This document shows, piece by piece, positions 35,753 through 45,469 of a stretch of 54,417 nt of DNA (the first letter of the stretch is position 1; each line of letters opens with the position of its first letter). A program made the position numbers and the translations under genes. The notes under the pieces are model-generated. The model was not told the origin of the DNA. It did no database searches and was given only the letters and a program-made list of their open reading frames with translations. Source of the DNA: a virus (lineage: Duplodnaviria > Caudoviricetes); the IMG/VR virus record IMGVR_UViG_3300011116_000815, positions 1 through 54,417 of that record; one strand, 5' to 3'.

Positions 35753-38510
35753 TCTGATCCCGACTGATGGGATGCGAGAGGAGGCACAGCGCTACCGCGA
35801 CTGGAAGGCAGAGGGAAGGCGTGGCGGGACAGCAGTAGCGGCCCGCAGGGCCACGCAGATCCTGTCCGGCGATGCCTTGTCAGAACAGACCGTGATCGTG
35901 ATGGCGGCATGGTTTGCCAGGCATGAGGTCGACAAGCGCGCGGAGGGGTTTCGGCCCGGAGAGGAGGGCTACCCAAGCCCTGGGCGAGTGGCGTGGGCGG
36001 CCTGGGGCGGCGATCCTGGTCAGCAGTGGGCCACTGCGCGCGCCGATAGCATCAAGGCGGACCGATCACAGCCAGCGATGCCGGAAACTGAGGCCAGGCC
36101 ATACCCGAACGAGCACGCGGCGCGACTGATCGACCCGGAGGAGTTTGACCGATTCCGGCGGGAGAATGGCGCCGGTGGCGATGGCGTGGATTTCATCTAT
36201 GGCATCAAGGAGGGCGAGCCGGTGCGGCTGCAGGCAATCCGATTCGACGCCGAGCGGTTCACTCCGGAGCAGGCCAAGGCATGGCTGAGCGATCACGACC
36301 ATGAGGCGATTCTGTTCGAGGAGGCGACGGGAGAGAAGTCCCGCGAGCTGACGCCTGACATGACCGTGGCGCAGGGGATGCTCTACGAAGCGCTGGAGGA
36401 GATCACCGACGAGGTCGGCCAGTTCGGTCAAGCTGATGCCCACTACATGCCGGAGAGCCCGTTTGCCGGGCAGGGGATGGTGTGCAGCAACTGCGCCTTC
36501 TATCAGGGGCCGGCGGCATGCGAGATCGTCGAGGGCGAGATTCTGCCCGGGGCGCTGTGCAAGTTCTGGATCATCCCTGCCAGCAAGCTGGCCCAATCCG
36601 CTCCGGAGCCTCGGATGCTGACCGGGACTGAGCTGCAGCAGCGCTACAAGGGCGAGCTTCAGCAGACGCGCGAGATGGCGATGGACGCAGCGCCGACCGC
36701 GACTGACGAAGGCGTGCGGTTCACGTTCAGCAGTGAAGAGCCGGTCGACCGATGGTTCGGCCGCGAGGTGCTGAGCCACGCCCCAGGCGCTGCGGACCTG
36801 AGCCGGCTGCAGACGGGGGCGGCGCATCTGTGGAACCACAACCGTGATGTGGTGCTGGGGGTGGTGACGAGCGCTGAGATCGGTGCCGACCGGATGGGAG
36901 TGGTGACGACCCGCTGGAGCCCGAACACCGAGATCACTGGGTCAGAGGAGGCCCGCCGCCGCGCCGACATTGAAGCTGGCATCACGCGAAAGGTGAGCTT
37001 CGCCTACGAGATCCGCGAGGCCGTCGACATGGGCGAGGGCCAGGTGCTGATCACGAAGTGGGCGCCGCTGGAGGTGAGCACCGTGAGCATCCCGGCTGAT
37101 AACACCGTCGGCCACGATGCGCCGCGATCAAGGGCAGCGGATGAGCCGGCACAGCCGGCTCCACAAAACGACCTCGCTACGCTTGAGCGGAACACATCGG
37201 CCCCGCCCGAGATCATGACCGTTGAGACCGTCAACGATGCCGCCTCGGCCGCGCAGGCCGAGCGTGAGCGCATCCAGAGCCTGCAAGCTCTCTGCCGCCA
37301 GCATTCCATGCCCGAGGGCATGGCCGATGACCTGATCACCAGCGGCGCCAGCCTTGACCAGGCCCGTGAGCAGGTGCTGGACAAGGTCGGCCAGCGCTCC
37401 CGTGAGCTGCAGCCTGGCGGGTTGCATGTGGAGCCCGACGCCCTGCTGGGCATGGACCGCAAGGATCTGCAGCGCTACTCCATCGTCAAGCTGCTGCGCT
37501 ACCTGGCTGACCCCAGCAATGCCTCGGCCCGCGATGCTGCCGGCTTCGAACTGGAGCTGAGCCGCGCTGTTGAGCAAAAGGAGGGCCGCAGCGCCAACGG
37601 CGCCTTGGTCCCGTTCGACTGGATGGTGCACAGCCGCGCGAACGTCGGCACGTTCTCCGCCGGTGGCGCCCTGGTCGGCACCGAGCTGCTGGCCGGATCG
37701 TTCATTGATCTGCTGCGGAACCAGTCGGCCCTGCTGCAGTCCGGGATCACTACCCTTACCGGCCTGACCGGCAACGTTGACATCCCGCGGAAGACCGCCG
37801 CCAGCCAGCACTACTGGGTCGGGGAGGATGTTGATGTCACCCCATCCGATGCCACCTTCGGCTTGATCTCGAGCACCCCCAAGACCATCGGCGTGCGGGT
37901 GCCGGTGTCCCGCCGGGCCCTGATCCAGACCACCCCGGACATCGACACCCTGATCCGGTCGGACATGGCCGAGAGCCTGGCCCTGGGCCTCGACAGCTCC
38001 GGACTCTACGGCAGCGGATCCAGCGGCCAACCCCTGGGTCTGACCAACGTCACGGGCATCGGCTCGGTCACCCTCGGCGGTGGCGCCAGCCAGGTGTATC
38101 CCGCCACTCTTGGCGGTGGCACCCACGACTCGGGTGACTGGGCGGACTACATCCAGCTGCTGGGCGCCTGCCTGGCGGCAAACGTGACGCCGACCAACTT
38201 CCGCTACATCATGAACTCGCAGACCATGGTCGGCGGCATGATCACCCTGCGGGCCAGCGCCGCCGGGGCGGATTACATCATCAATGACGCCGGCAACATC
38301 GGCCGGTATCCGGCTCAGATGAGCAACCAGGTGCAGACCAACGATGTTTTCGCCGGTGTGTTCTCTGACATGATCCTGGCGACCTGGAGCGGCCTTGACA
38401 TCGTCGTTGATCCCTACTCTCAGTCGGCAAAGGGCCAGGTGCTCTACACCGTCATGCAGGACATCGACTGGGTCTGCCGTCGTGCTGCCAGCTTCGCCCG
38501 GGGGACCTGA
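35745..38510 (+). CDS. Fusion of N-terminal accessory domains, HK97-type prohead protease and major capsid protein
   Basis: FSSEEPV, LWNHN, VSFAY, EVSTVSIPAD (protease); GGALVGTELLAGSFIDLLRN, LDIVVDPYS (HK97-fold capsid). Confidence 0.9.
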   Translation: MADLIPTDGMREEAQRYRDWKAEGRRGGTAVAARRATQILSGDALSEQTVIVMAAWFARHEVDKRAEGFRPGEEGYPSPGRVAWAAWGGDPGQQWATARADSIKADRSQPAMPETEARPYPNEHAARLIDPEEFDRFRRENGAGGDGVDFIYGIKEGEPVRLQAIRFDAERFTPEQAKAWLSDHDHEAILFEEATGEKSRELTPDMTVAQGMLYEALEEITDEVGQFGQADAHYMPESPFAGQGMVCSNCAFYQGPAACEIVEGEILPGALCKFWIIPASKLAQSAPEPRMLTGTELQQRYKGELQQTREMAMDAAPTATDEGVRFTFSSEEPVDRWFGREVLSHAPGAADLSRLQTGAAHLWNHNRDVVLGVVTSAEIGADRMGVVTTRWSPNTEITGSEEARRRADIEAGITRKVSFAYEIREAVDMGEGQVLITKWAPLEVSTVSIPADNTVGHDAPRSRAADEPAQPAPQNDLATLERNTSAPPEIMTVETVNDAASAAQAERERIQSLQALCRQHSMPEGMADDLITSGASLDQAREQVLDKVGQRSRELQPGGLHVEPDALLGMDRKDLQRYSIVKLLRYLADPSNASARDAAGFELELSRAVEQKEGRSANGALVPFDWMVHSRANVGTFSAGGALVGTELLAGSFIDLLRNQSALLQSGITTLTGLTGNVDIPRKTAASQHYWVGEDVDVTPSDATFGLISSTPKTIGVRVPVSRRALIQTTPDIDTLIRSDMAESLALGLDSSGLYGSGSSGQPLGLTNVTGIGSVTLGGGASQVYPATLGGGTHDSGDWADYIQLLGACLAANVTPTNFRYIMNSQTMVGGMITLRASAAGADYIINDAGNIGRYPAQMSNQVQTNDVFAGVFSDMILATWSGLDIVVDPYSQSAKGQVLYTVMQDIDWVCRRAASFARGT

Positions 38511-38707
38511 TGGCTTGGGTCATCCTGCTGACGGACTGCTGCATCTCGGGCCAGCCCCACCAGGCCGGCCCGGACCCGATTCAGGTCACCGGACCTGATG
38601 CAAAGCTGCTGATCAGTCAGCGGCTGGCCATCCCGGCGGCAGCGCCGGAACCCGCAGCCCCTGCGGTCTGCAAGCCCCGAACCACCAAGCCCCCGACCGA
38701 CAAATGA
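38510..38707 (+). CDS. Small capsid-associated protein
   Basis: Coupled to the capsid gene; DAKLLISQRLA. Confidence 0.55.
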   Translation: MAWVILLTDCCISGQPHQAGPDPIQVTGPDAKLLISQRLAIPAAAPEPAAPAVCKPRTTKPPTDK

Positions 38708-39108
38708 CCATCCAGAACCTCGGCGGCAAAACGACCGCCTTTCAGCTGCACTCCAACAAGGTCGTCAGCGCCACCGGCGCCGGTACCGACGCCGCATCTG
38801 CCGCGCTGACTGTTGATCTGCTGCCCTTTGAGGGCGACATCACCCTCAGCATCGACCACGCCCCGGCTGGAGCTGGCGTCACCTTGACCGCGAAGATTCA
38901 GCACAGCGACACCACCACCGCGGGCGATTTCGTCGACGTGACCGGTGGGGGCTTCACTGCTGCTGCAGCCAACACCGCCGGATTCGCCACGCTGACCCTG
39001 AACAGCGACATCCTGCGCCGTTACGTGCGAGTGCTGTTCACCGTGACTGGCGGCACTGGCACCGGCGCCGCGAGCGTGATGGGACGAGGCTCTGCCAAGT
39101 ACCTGTGA
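38704..39108 (+). CDS. Putative head decoration/structural protein
   Basis: KIQHSD...FVDVTG...RRYVRV pattern. Confidence 0.6.
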   Translation: MTIQNLGGKTTAFQLHSNKVVSATGAGTDAASAALTVDLLPFEGDITLSIDHAPAGAGVTLTAKIQHSDTTTAGDFVDVTGGGFTAAAANTAGFATLTLNSDILRRYVRVLFTVTGGTGTGAASVMGRGSAKYL

Positions 39109-39518
39109 TCGACGCAGACCTGGATCTGCTCTTCAGCTTCGGCGCCAGCAGTGTGACTGCCGGCGCCGTTTCTGGTTTGGGGCTGCTGATGATGCCCGGC
39201 GAGATCATCGCCGACGGGATGGTGATGAGCACCGACTACGAACTGACGGTCAAGACCAGCGAGTTCGGCAACCTCGAATATGGCGCCGGAATCGTCGTCG
39301 ATGCCGTGCCCTACACCGTCCGGAATGTCAAGCCGATTGACGATGGTCGGCTGAGCATCGTGCAGATGCAGGCCACGGTGGCGCCGCAGGTGCTGCCGGC
39401 GGGCCCAGCGGTGCTCGAAGGCGATAGCGTTGGCACCGAAAGCGAGGTGGTGATGGATGGCGGCACGGCCAGCACCCAGTACGTCTACGACAACATCCTG
39501 GATGGAGGCGAGGCATGA
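39105..39518 (+). CDS. Head-tail joining protein (gpFII-like)
   Basis: VDAVPYTVRNVKPIDDG; position. Confidence 0.65.
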   Translation: MIDADLDLLFSFGASSVTAGAVSGLGLLMMPGEIIADGMVMSTDYELTVKTSEFGNLEYGAGIVVDAVPYTVRNVKPIDDGRLSIVQMQATVAPQVLPAGPAVLEGDSVGTESEVVMDGGTASTQYVYDNILDGGEA

Positions 39519-40126
39519 GCGAACGGATCACCAGGCTGAAGATGCGCGGCGACACAGCAGCGGCATGGACCGCGGCGAATCCGGTCTTGCTGGCTCGAGA
39601 GTTCGGCATCGAGACCGACACCCGGCGGATGAAGATGGGCGACGGGACGACAGCATGGGCGGCCCTGCCCTATTTCCTGGCAGCAGCTGACGTGCGCGGC
39701 CAGGCAAGCCGGACGACCGATGCGACGGTGGCTGGCGCTGCGGCGGGCACGTACCGAGCGATCGGCGCCGCCGGAACGCTCGACGCATCGGTCAGCAGCG
39801 GCCTGGCAATCGGCACGACCGACCCGTTCGGGCTGCGCAACACCGGCGCGTCCGCCGTCCTGCTGGACGTGCTGGCCCGCGTGAACCTGATCGGCGGCAA
39901 CAATCACGTGCTGGGCCTGCGGATCGCGCTGAATGGCGTTTCAATCCCTGAGACGGAGGTCAGGCAATCCTCGGGCAGCGGCAATGCTGAGACCAATCTG
40001 GCCAGCCGCTGGATGGTCACCGTTCCGGCCGGTGGAGAGGTGTCAATGCAGGTGACGAACTACAGCGACACTGCGGCGATGACGTTCAAGCGCGGCACGC
40101 TGGTGGCCCAGGAGGTGCATGCGTGA
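39515..40126 (+). CDS. Fibre protein with hyaluronidase/Mtd-type N-terminal attachment motif
   Basis: RGDTAAAWTAANPVLLAREFGIETDTRRMKMGDGTTAWAALPY. Confidence 0.75.
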   Translation: MSERITRLKMRGDTAAAWTAANPVLLAREFGIETDTRRMKMGDGTTAWAALPYFLAAADVRGQASRTTDATVAGAAAGTYRAIGAAGTLDASVSSGLAIGTTDPFGLRNTGASAVLLDVLARVNLIGGNNHVLGLRIALNGVSIPETEVRQSSGSGNAETNLASRWMVTVPAGGEVSMQVTNYSDTAAMTFKRGTLVAQEVHA

Positions 40127-40160
40127 CCGCCGCTAGGATGAGGCCACAGGAGGCGCGACC

Positions 40161-40496
40161 ATGACCCTCGGCGCAACATCTGGGTTCGTGGTCCGCGACC
40201 TCGGGACCCTGACCGCTGCGGGCGTCGGCACGGCGCGAGAATCGACCGGAGTTGATCTGACGTTTCAGGTCGTCGTCAGCAGCATCGGCACAAACGTGGT
40301 CGTGGCATTCGAGGGCAGCCTGGACGGCACGAACTACGGACGCCTGAGCGATGGCGTAGTCGACAGCTACACCATTACCGCCAACGGAACCTACCTGTAC
40401 CAAATGAGGGGCCCTGTGCGGTTCGTGCGGCTGAGGTTGGTGAGCATCAGCGGCGGCAGCCCAAGCGTGGTGGGAACCGTCGGGAGCGGCCGATGA
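40161..40496 (+). CDS. Putative structural protein
   Basis: FEGSLDGTNY...RFVRLR; AGGAGG RBS. Confidence 0.6.
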   Translation: MTLGATSGFVVRDLGTLTAAGVGTARESTGVDLTFQVVVSSIGTNVVVAFEGSLDGTNYGRLSDGVVDSYTITANGTYLYQMRGPVRFVRLRLVSISGGSPSVVGTVGSGR

Positions 40497-41080
40497 TCCC
40501 GGCGGACTACCCCATCACGGTGGTCCAGGGCGGCACGTTCCAGCTGGACGTGCAACTGCTGGAGAACGTTCGAGCTGTGACCCTGACGGCTGGTAGCGAC
40601 CTGATCGGCCTGCGGTGCCATGGGTTTGTGGCTGGCGATGTTGTGGGGTTCCGATCAGACGCGGGAACGTTCCCGTGCGGGATGCGCGGGGTGACGGGAT
40701 ACTACGTGATCGCCTCGGGGTTGACCTCCGATGCGTTCCGGGTCAGCTTGACGCTGGGCGGCGCCACGATCGGGATCAGCCCGATCGCCGAGGACCTGAC
40801 CGGCATCAACTACGAGGTGGGCAAGGCGGTGAGCCTGGCCGGCGCAACGCTCGACGCCGACATCAAGAGCCTCATCGACGGCAGTCTGGTGGCATCGTTC
40901 ACCGAGACCATCTTGAGCTCTGCTGCCGGCACCCTGCGCATGCGCCTGGACCCTGCGACGACCGTGGCCCTGCCTGCCAGCGATCAGTACGCCTACGACC
41001 TGAACTACCGGGTCGGCGGTGACAGCTACTACCCGATGGGCGGTCAGGTCACTGTTGCGGCAACGAGGAGCAGGCCATGA
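40493..41080 (+). CDS. Putative structural protein
   Basis: ITVVQGGTF...YAYDL baseplate-like ends with an internal YYVI...FRVSLT insert. Confidence 0.55.
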   Translation: MIPADYPITVVQGGTFQLDVQLLENVRAVTLTAGSDLIGLRCHGFVAGDVVGFRSDAGTFPCGMRGVTGYYVIASGLTSDAFRVSLTLGGATIGISPIAEDLTGINYEVGKAVSLAGATLDADIKSLIDGSLVASFTETILSSAAGTLRMRLDPATTVALPASDQYAYDLNYRVGGDSYYPMGGQVTVAATRSRP

Positions 41081-41454
41081 CCGCGAGCGTGACCAACCTT
41101 GGGGATGCTGGCGTGGCGGTGGCTGTGCCTGGGCTGCGCGGGCCTGCAGGGATCATTCGACGTCGCACGGTGAGCGGCACGACCCTGATGCTGACGATCG
41201 AGAACCAGTCGGAACTGCTGGTGTTCACCAGCTCCAGCGCTGTGACGGTGACATACCCGACGGGGCTGGGGGCTGAGTTTGAGGCCTTGCTGCTGCAGTA
41301 CGGCACGGGCCGGGTGAGCGTGGTTGCAGGGGCGGGGGCGACCCGTAGGGCAGCGCTGAGCGCGACCGGGACGGCGTATCAGTACGCCACCGCCAGCGTG
41401 ATCGCGCTGCCGACGACCGACGAGTTTCTGCTGACCGGGGAGGTGGGAGCATGA
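41077..41454 (+). CDS. Putative fibre-related protein
   Basis: LLQYGTGRVSV...FLLTGE beta domain. Confidence 0.55.
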   Translation: MTASVTNLGDAGVAVAVPGLRGPAGIIRRRTVSGTTLMLTIENQSELLVFTSSSAVTVTYPTGLGAEFEALLLQYGTGRVSVVAGAGATRRAALSATGTAYQYATASVIALPTTDEFLLTGEVGA

Positions 41455-42746
41455 CGCATCTTGTGCCGGTGCTGAGGCCTGTCCTAGGGACGCCATTCCG
41501 CCGGGGATCACTGTATCGAGCGGCTGGCGCGGTGCCATCGTTCCACATCGCCCCAGCCAGGACGGGCCATGCGCGAGACCTGATCACAGGATCGGTGCTC
41601 GGCACCTACAACAGCGCATCCCCAGCATGGGCCGTAGAGCCTGATGGCGTGCTGGCGCTGCCGGCAGCGAATGCTCCGGTGATTGAGTTCGACCCGACGG
41701 CTCTGTCGTGCCTGGGGGCGAGGACTTGGGGGGTGGTGACGAATCTGAATCTTAATTCAGCAGATTTAACGGCGGCCTCATACGCTAAAAGCGCCACGAC
41801 TGTTTCTGCATCTAGCACCGGACCAGACAACCAGACAGCGTATGCTGTCAATGAAACCATTACCGCTACTTCCCACACGTTTAATGCGAGTGCCGTTAGC
41901 GTTACCAGCGGAGCGACTTATACGGGTTCAATTTTTCTTAAAAGGTCTACTGTTGACTGGGTGCAGCTCACCGTTGGTGTCGCAGGTTTCTCTAATACGC
42001 GTTTCGCTAACTTTAATCTTGCGACCGGCGCCATAGGGATAGAAAGTAATTGCACTGGATTTATTGAGCCGTATCCTAACGGATGGTATCGTTGCAGCAT
42101 TAGAGCATCGGCTGTTGCCACGGCTGCATCAAACTCGCTTATTCTTGCGTTCACCAACAACACCAACTCTGCCACTCGAATTCCCATCTACGCCGGCTCC
42201 ACATCCAACGAAGCTCTTGCTGCGCTGGTGGCATTTACGGCTACTTCAGGGCCGGCCCCCTACGTCCCCACCACAACCCTTGCCGCCAGTAGCACGGCGG
42301 ATGTGTGGGACATCCTGAGCCTGACGGCAGGCATCAACAATCTGAAGACCCTTTACTTCCGCGGTCGGACTCAAGCGTCCGGCACCCGGGGTATCGCCAG
42401 CCTGAACGACAACACCGCTAACAACTGCCTGGAGCTGTCAACCAGCGGCACCACAGCGAAGGCAACGGCGGTCACCAGCGGCAGCACTGTGGCCGATCTC
42501 AGCGGCGGCACCATCGCCGCCAACACGACGTTCCGCCTGGCGGTGCGACTGGACACCGACAGCTATGCGCTGAGCCTCAACGGTGGTGCTGTCGTGACCG
42601 ACACCAGTGGCGCCAGGGCGCTGGTAGATCGGCTGTTCATCGGGCGTGACCAGGCCGGCAACTACATGAACGGCTACCTAGAGGAGTTCGCTGGCTGGAC
42701 CCGGGCATGCACTGATGCCCAAGTCGCCGCACTCGCAGCATCATGA
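41451..42746 (+). CDS. Spike/fibre protein with ConA/LamG-like C-terminus
   Basis: TNLNLNS, NGWYRCS, DRLFIGRD...MNGYLEE. Confidence 0.65.
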   Translation: MTHLVPVLRPVLGTPFRRGSLYRAAGAVPSFHIAPARTGHARDLITGSVLGTYNSASPAWAVEPDGVLALPAANAPVIEFDPTALSCLGARTWGVVTNLNLNSADLTAASYAKSATTVSASSTGPDNQTAYAVNETITATSHTFNASAVSVTSGATYTGSIFLKRSTVDWVQLTVGVAGFSNTRFANFNLATGAIGIESNCTGFIEPYPNGWYRCSIRASAVATAASNSLILAFTNNTNSATRIPIYAGSTSNEALAALVAFTATSGPAPYVPTTTLAASSTADVWDILSLTAGINNLKTLYFRGRTQASGTRGIASLNDNTANNCLELSTSGTTAKATAVTSGSTVADLSGGTIAANTTFRLAVRLDTDSYALSLNGGAVVTDTSGARALVDRLFIGRDQAGNYMNGYLEEFAGWTRACTDAQVAALAAS

Positions 42747-43105
42747 GCCATCATTTCACCCTCCACTTCGACTCTGAGCAGGAGGCCCTCGCCACCGCCG
42801 AGGCCCTGCGGCTGCTGCCGCCCGAGGAGGAGGAGATGCGCGATCTGCTGGTGATCTCGCAGCCGGGACTATTCGGCCAAGCGCAGCTCATCACCGACGT
42901 CACGGTCCCTGGCACCTATGACCCCGAGACCGGCGAGGAGCTCACCCCGCCCCTCCCTGTGCCTGGCGTGTTCCTCAACGTCGTCCTGAACCGCGCCGCC
43001 CTGCCGTCCGATCTGCGCCGCCGCCGGGTGCCCTACGGCTCTGCTGGTCAGGTCTGGACCGGCACTGAACAGGAGGATGGAGCATGGCCACCCGCCGCGA
43101 ACTGA
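42743..43105 (+). CDS. Hypothetical protein (fibre-associated)
   Basis: YDPETGEELTPP..VPG motif. Confidence 0.55.
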   Translation: MSHHFTLHFDSEQEALATAEALRLLPPEEEEMRDLLVISQPGLFGQAQLITDVTVPGTYDPETGEELTPPLPVPGVFLNVVLNRAALPSDLRRRRVPYGSAGQVWTGTEQEDGAWPPAAN

Positions 43106-43509
43106 TCCTGTCGACCTGGGCCACAGCCCTCGCGGGGATGCCGGAGGTGTCGGGCCGGATCTGGCGCAGCCGGGTGGAGCCGCTGCAGCGCCACGAATCG
43201 CCTGGGATCGCCCTGGAGTGGGTCAGCGATCAGCCGGACGTCCGAACCAGCCTGCCGTATCTTGACTGGACCCTGGAGGCTCGCGCGGCGGTCATCGTGC
43301 GTGACACCGTGCCGGACGTGATCGCGGATCCGATCGTCGCCGAGATTCACCGGCGCACAATGGCCAGCACAGCGCTAAGGGGCCTGGCGATCGACATCGT
43401 GCCAGGCCGCCAGATCCTGGAGCTGGTCCAGGCCGACAGCCCCGCTGGTATCGTGACGATGCCGTTCATCATCCAGTACCGCACCAATGAAGGCGACCTC
43501 GAAACCTAA
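43084..43509 (+). CDS. Tail terminator-like protein
   Basis: MATRRELIL, RIWRSR, YRT; just upstream of the tail tube. Confidence 0.65.
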   Translation: MATRRELILSTWATALAGMPEVSGRIWRSRVEPLQRHESPGIALEWVSDQPDVRTSLPYLDWTLEARAAVIVRDTVPDVIADPIVAEIHRRTMASTALRGLAIDIVPGRQILELVQADSPAGIVTMPFIIQYRTNEGDLET

Positions 43510-43519
43510 CCTCGCTACC

Positions 43520-43660
43520 GTGGAGGATGACACCCGCGGCATCGGCGGGATCTGGGAGATGGACCCGGCCACTGGCCTGAGACGTCGCCCACAACCCGAC
43601 CCTCAGCAGCAGCCCGATGGCCTACAAGACAAAGCTCAGGACGATCCTCGCCAAGACTGA
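43520..43660 (+). CDS. Possible small protein (46 aa, not in the ORF track)
   Basis: MEDDTRGIGGIWEMDPATGLRRR...; start uncertain. Confidence 0.35.
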   Translation: MEDDTRGIGGIWEMDPATGLRRRPQPDPQQQPDGLQDKAQDDPRQD

Positions 43661-44813
43661 GGCGTCATCCTACGGGGTCAGCAGCAGCCCGGATGGGACG
43701 AATGCCGTCCTGGTCAACTCCGACCTGGCCCTGACGCCCCTGGCGGGCGACGTGGTGAGCCGCGACGTGATCCGGCCCTACATGGGCGCCTATGAGGGAC
43801 TGCTGGCGAACACTCAGGTCCAGCTGACCATGAGCGTGGAGTACGCCGGCAGCGGCACCGCCGGCACCGCTCCGCGCTACAGCCCCCTGCTGCGATCCTG
43901 CCGCCTGTCCGAGACCGTCATGGCGGCAGCCCTGACCGGAACGGCACAGGCCGGCGCGGCAGGCACGATCACCCTGGCGGCCGCCGCAAGCGCCGTGAAC
44001 GACGCTTACACCGGGATGGTGATCACGATCACCAGCGGCACCGGCAACGGCCACGTGGGACTGATCACCCAGTACGTGGGCAGCACGAAGGTCGCCACTG
44101 TGGCGGCCTACACCACGACATTCGTGCCTGGCGTCGGCAGCGCCTACAGCATCGGCGCAAACGTGCGCTATCTGCCGATCAGCACGATTGACGGGGTCGC
44201 AGACACCAGCTGCACGATTCAGTACCGGCTGGGCGGCCCCAGCGGCACCGAGATCGTGCACACCCTGACCGGTTGCCGAGGGACCATGACGATGGACCAC
44301 ACCCTGGCCCAGGTCCCGCGGATGACGTTCAACATCACCGGCCTTTACAACGCGCCGACCGATGCCAGCCCGGTGACGCCGACCTATGCGAACCAGTCGA
44401 CGCCGCAGGTGTTCCGCAACGACACGGCCGGCGCATTCCGATTCTTTGGCGTGGCCGGATGCCTGCAGTCGAGCACATTCGACCTGGGCAATGATGTTCA
44501 GTACCGCGAGCTAATCGGATGCTCGAAAGAGGTCTTGATCGTTGACGGCGCGATGCGCGGTCAGGTGGTCATGGAGACCACGAGCATGGCGACATTCAAC
44601 CCATTCGAGCAGGCCCGGACCGACGGCACCCTGGGCCGCCTGGCGTACCTGCACGGGACCACCGCAGGAAACCGCATCGGCATGGTCGTGCCCTACTGCG
44701 ACCTTGGCCTGCCGGCCTACCAATCGGCGCAGGGTGTGGAGCATTTCACCCTGCCCTACACCGCCGTCCCGAGCGTGGCCGGCAATGACGAACTGATCCT
44801 CTGCTACTCCTGA
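43617..44813 (+). CDS. Major tail tube protein with an inserted domain
   Basis: ILAKTEASSYG, GTAGTAPRYSPLLRSC, LTGCRG, HGTTAGN. Confidence 0.8.
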   Translation: MAYKTKLRTILAKTEASSYGVSSSPDGTNAVLVNSDLALTPLAGDVVSRDVIRPYMGAYEGLLANTQVQLTMSVEYAGSGTAGTAPRYSPLLRSCRLSETVMAAALTGTAQAGAAGTITLAAAASAVNDAYTGMVITITSGTGNGHVGLITQYVGSTKVATVAAYTTTFVPGVGSAYSIGANVRYLPISTIDGVADTSCTIQYRLGGPSGTEIVHTLTGCRGTMTMDHTLAQVPRMTFNITGLYNAPTDASPVTPTYANQSTPQVFRNDTAGAFRFFGVAGCLQSSTFDLGNDVQYRELIGCSKEVLIVDGAMRGQVVMETTSMATFNPFEQARTDGTLGRLAYLHGTTAGNRIGMVVPYCDLGLPAYQSAQGVEHFTLPYTAVPSVAGNDELILCYS

Positions 44814-44816
44814 TCC

Positions 44817-45140
44817 ATGCCCTACTCGAAAGTCAAGGCCAAGTCCTACCGCTGGCCGGTGAAGGTGAAAACGGCTGATGATGGTGGCGTTCAGGTTGAG
44901 GAGACCTTTGACGCGGTATTCCGGCGAGTGACCCGCCCGGAGCTGCAGAAGCTGTCCGAGGATGACGACGCCATGGTGCGGTCAATCCTCGTGGGATGGT
45001 CCGGGATTCTGGGCGAGGATGGTGAGGAACTTCCATTCAGCGAGGCCGCCCGCGATGAGCTGATGCTGGACCAGTCGTGGATCCGGGCTGTGATCGAAGC
45101 GTTCTACCTGGGCGTGAACGGCAGCCGAGCGGGAAACTAG
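44817..45140 (+). CDS. Tail assembly chaperone (gpG-like)
   Basis: ILVGWSGI.GEDGEELPFS; ends at slippery GGGAAAC. Confidence 0.8.
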   Translation: MPYSKVKAKSYRWPVKVKTADDGGVQVEETFDAVFRRVTRPELQKLSEDDDAMVRSILVGWSGILGEDGEELPFSEAARDELMLDQSWIRAVIEAFYLGVNGSRAGN

Positions 45141-45469
45141 CCGAGGTCGCCCGTTACTGGGCGGCCGGCAGTAGCACGAGGGACTACAGCGAGGCGGACC
45201 GCGACGCGGCGGCCCTGGGCGTGATCTGGGTCCGGGAGGAGGAGCAGCCGGACTGCTGCGAGGTGTGGGAGGAGAACTGGGAGACGGTCGTGATGTTCAT
45301 GCGACTGCAGACGCAGTGGCGGACCACGATGGCCGGCTACCAGGGGCTCGATTATGGGGCCGCTCAGTGGCTGATGGGTCTTTACCATGTGGAAGACCCA
45401 GTCACGATGCTTGAGGGCCTGCAGGTGATGGAGTCGGCGGCACTGCAGGAGCTGAACCGCGATGGCTGA
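45131..45469 (+). CDS. Tail assembly chaperone -1 frameshift extension (gpGT/DUF1799-like)
   Basis: VWEENW...TQWR...GLDY...LQVMESAAL in the -1 frame. Confidence 0.75.
   Translation, partial: GKLAEVARYWAAGSSTRDYSEADRDAAALGVIWVREEEQPDCCEVWEENWETVVMFMRLQTQWRTTMAGYQGLDYGAAQWLMGLYHVEDPVTMLEGLQVMESAALQELNRDG

Noticed and set aside
37680-37700. Apparent self-target: unit A read as NNx codons gives T-E/D-L/F-L-A-G-S, like capsid TELLAGS
   Set aside because: Only 11 of 14 bases match in the core and the flanking dinucleotides mismatch. Matches at this level are expected by chance in 54 kb. It is worth retesting only against capsid genes of related phages.
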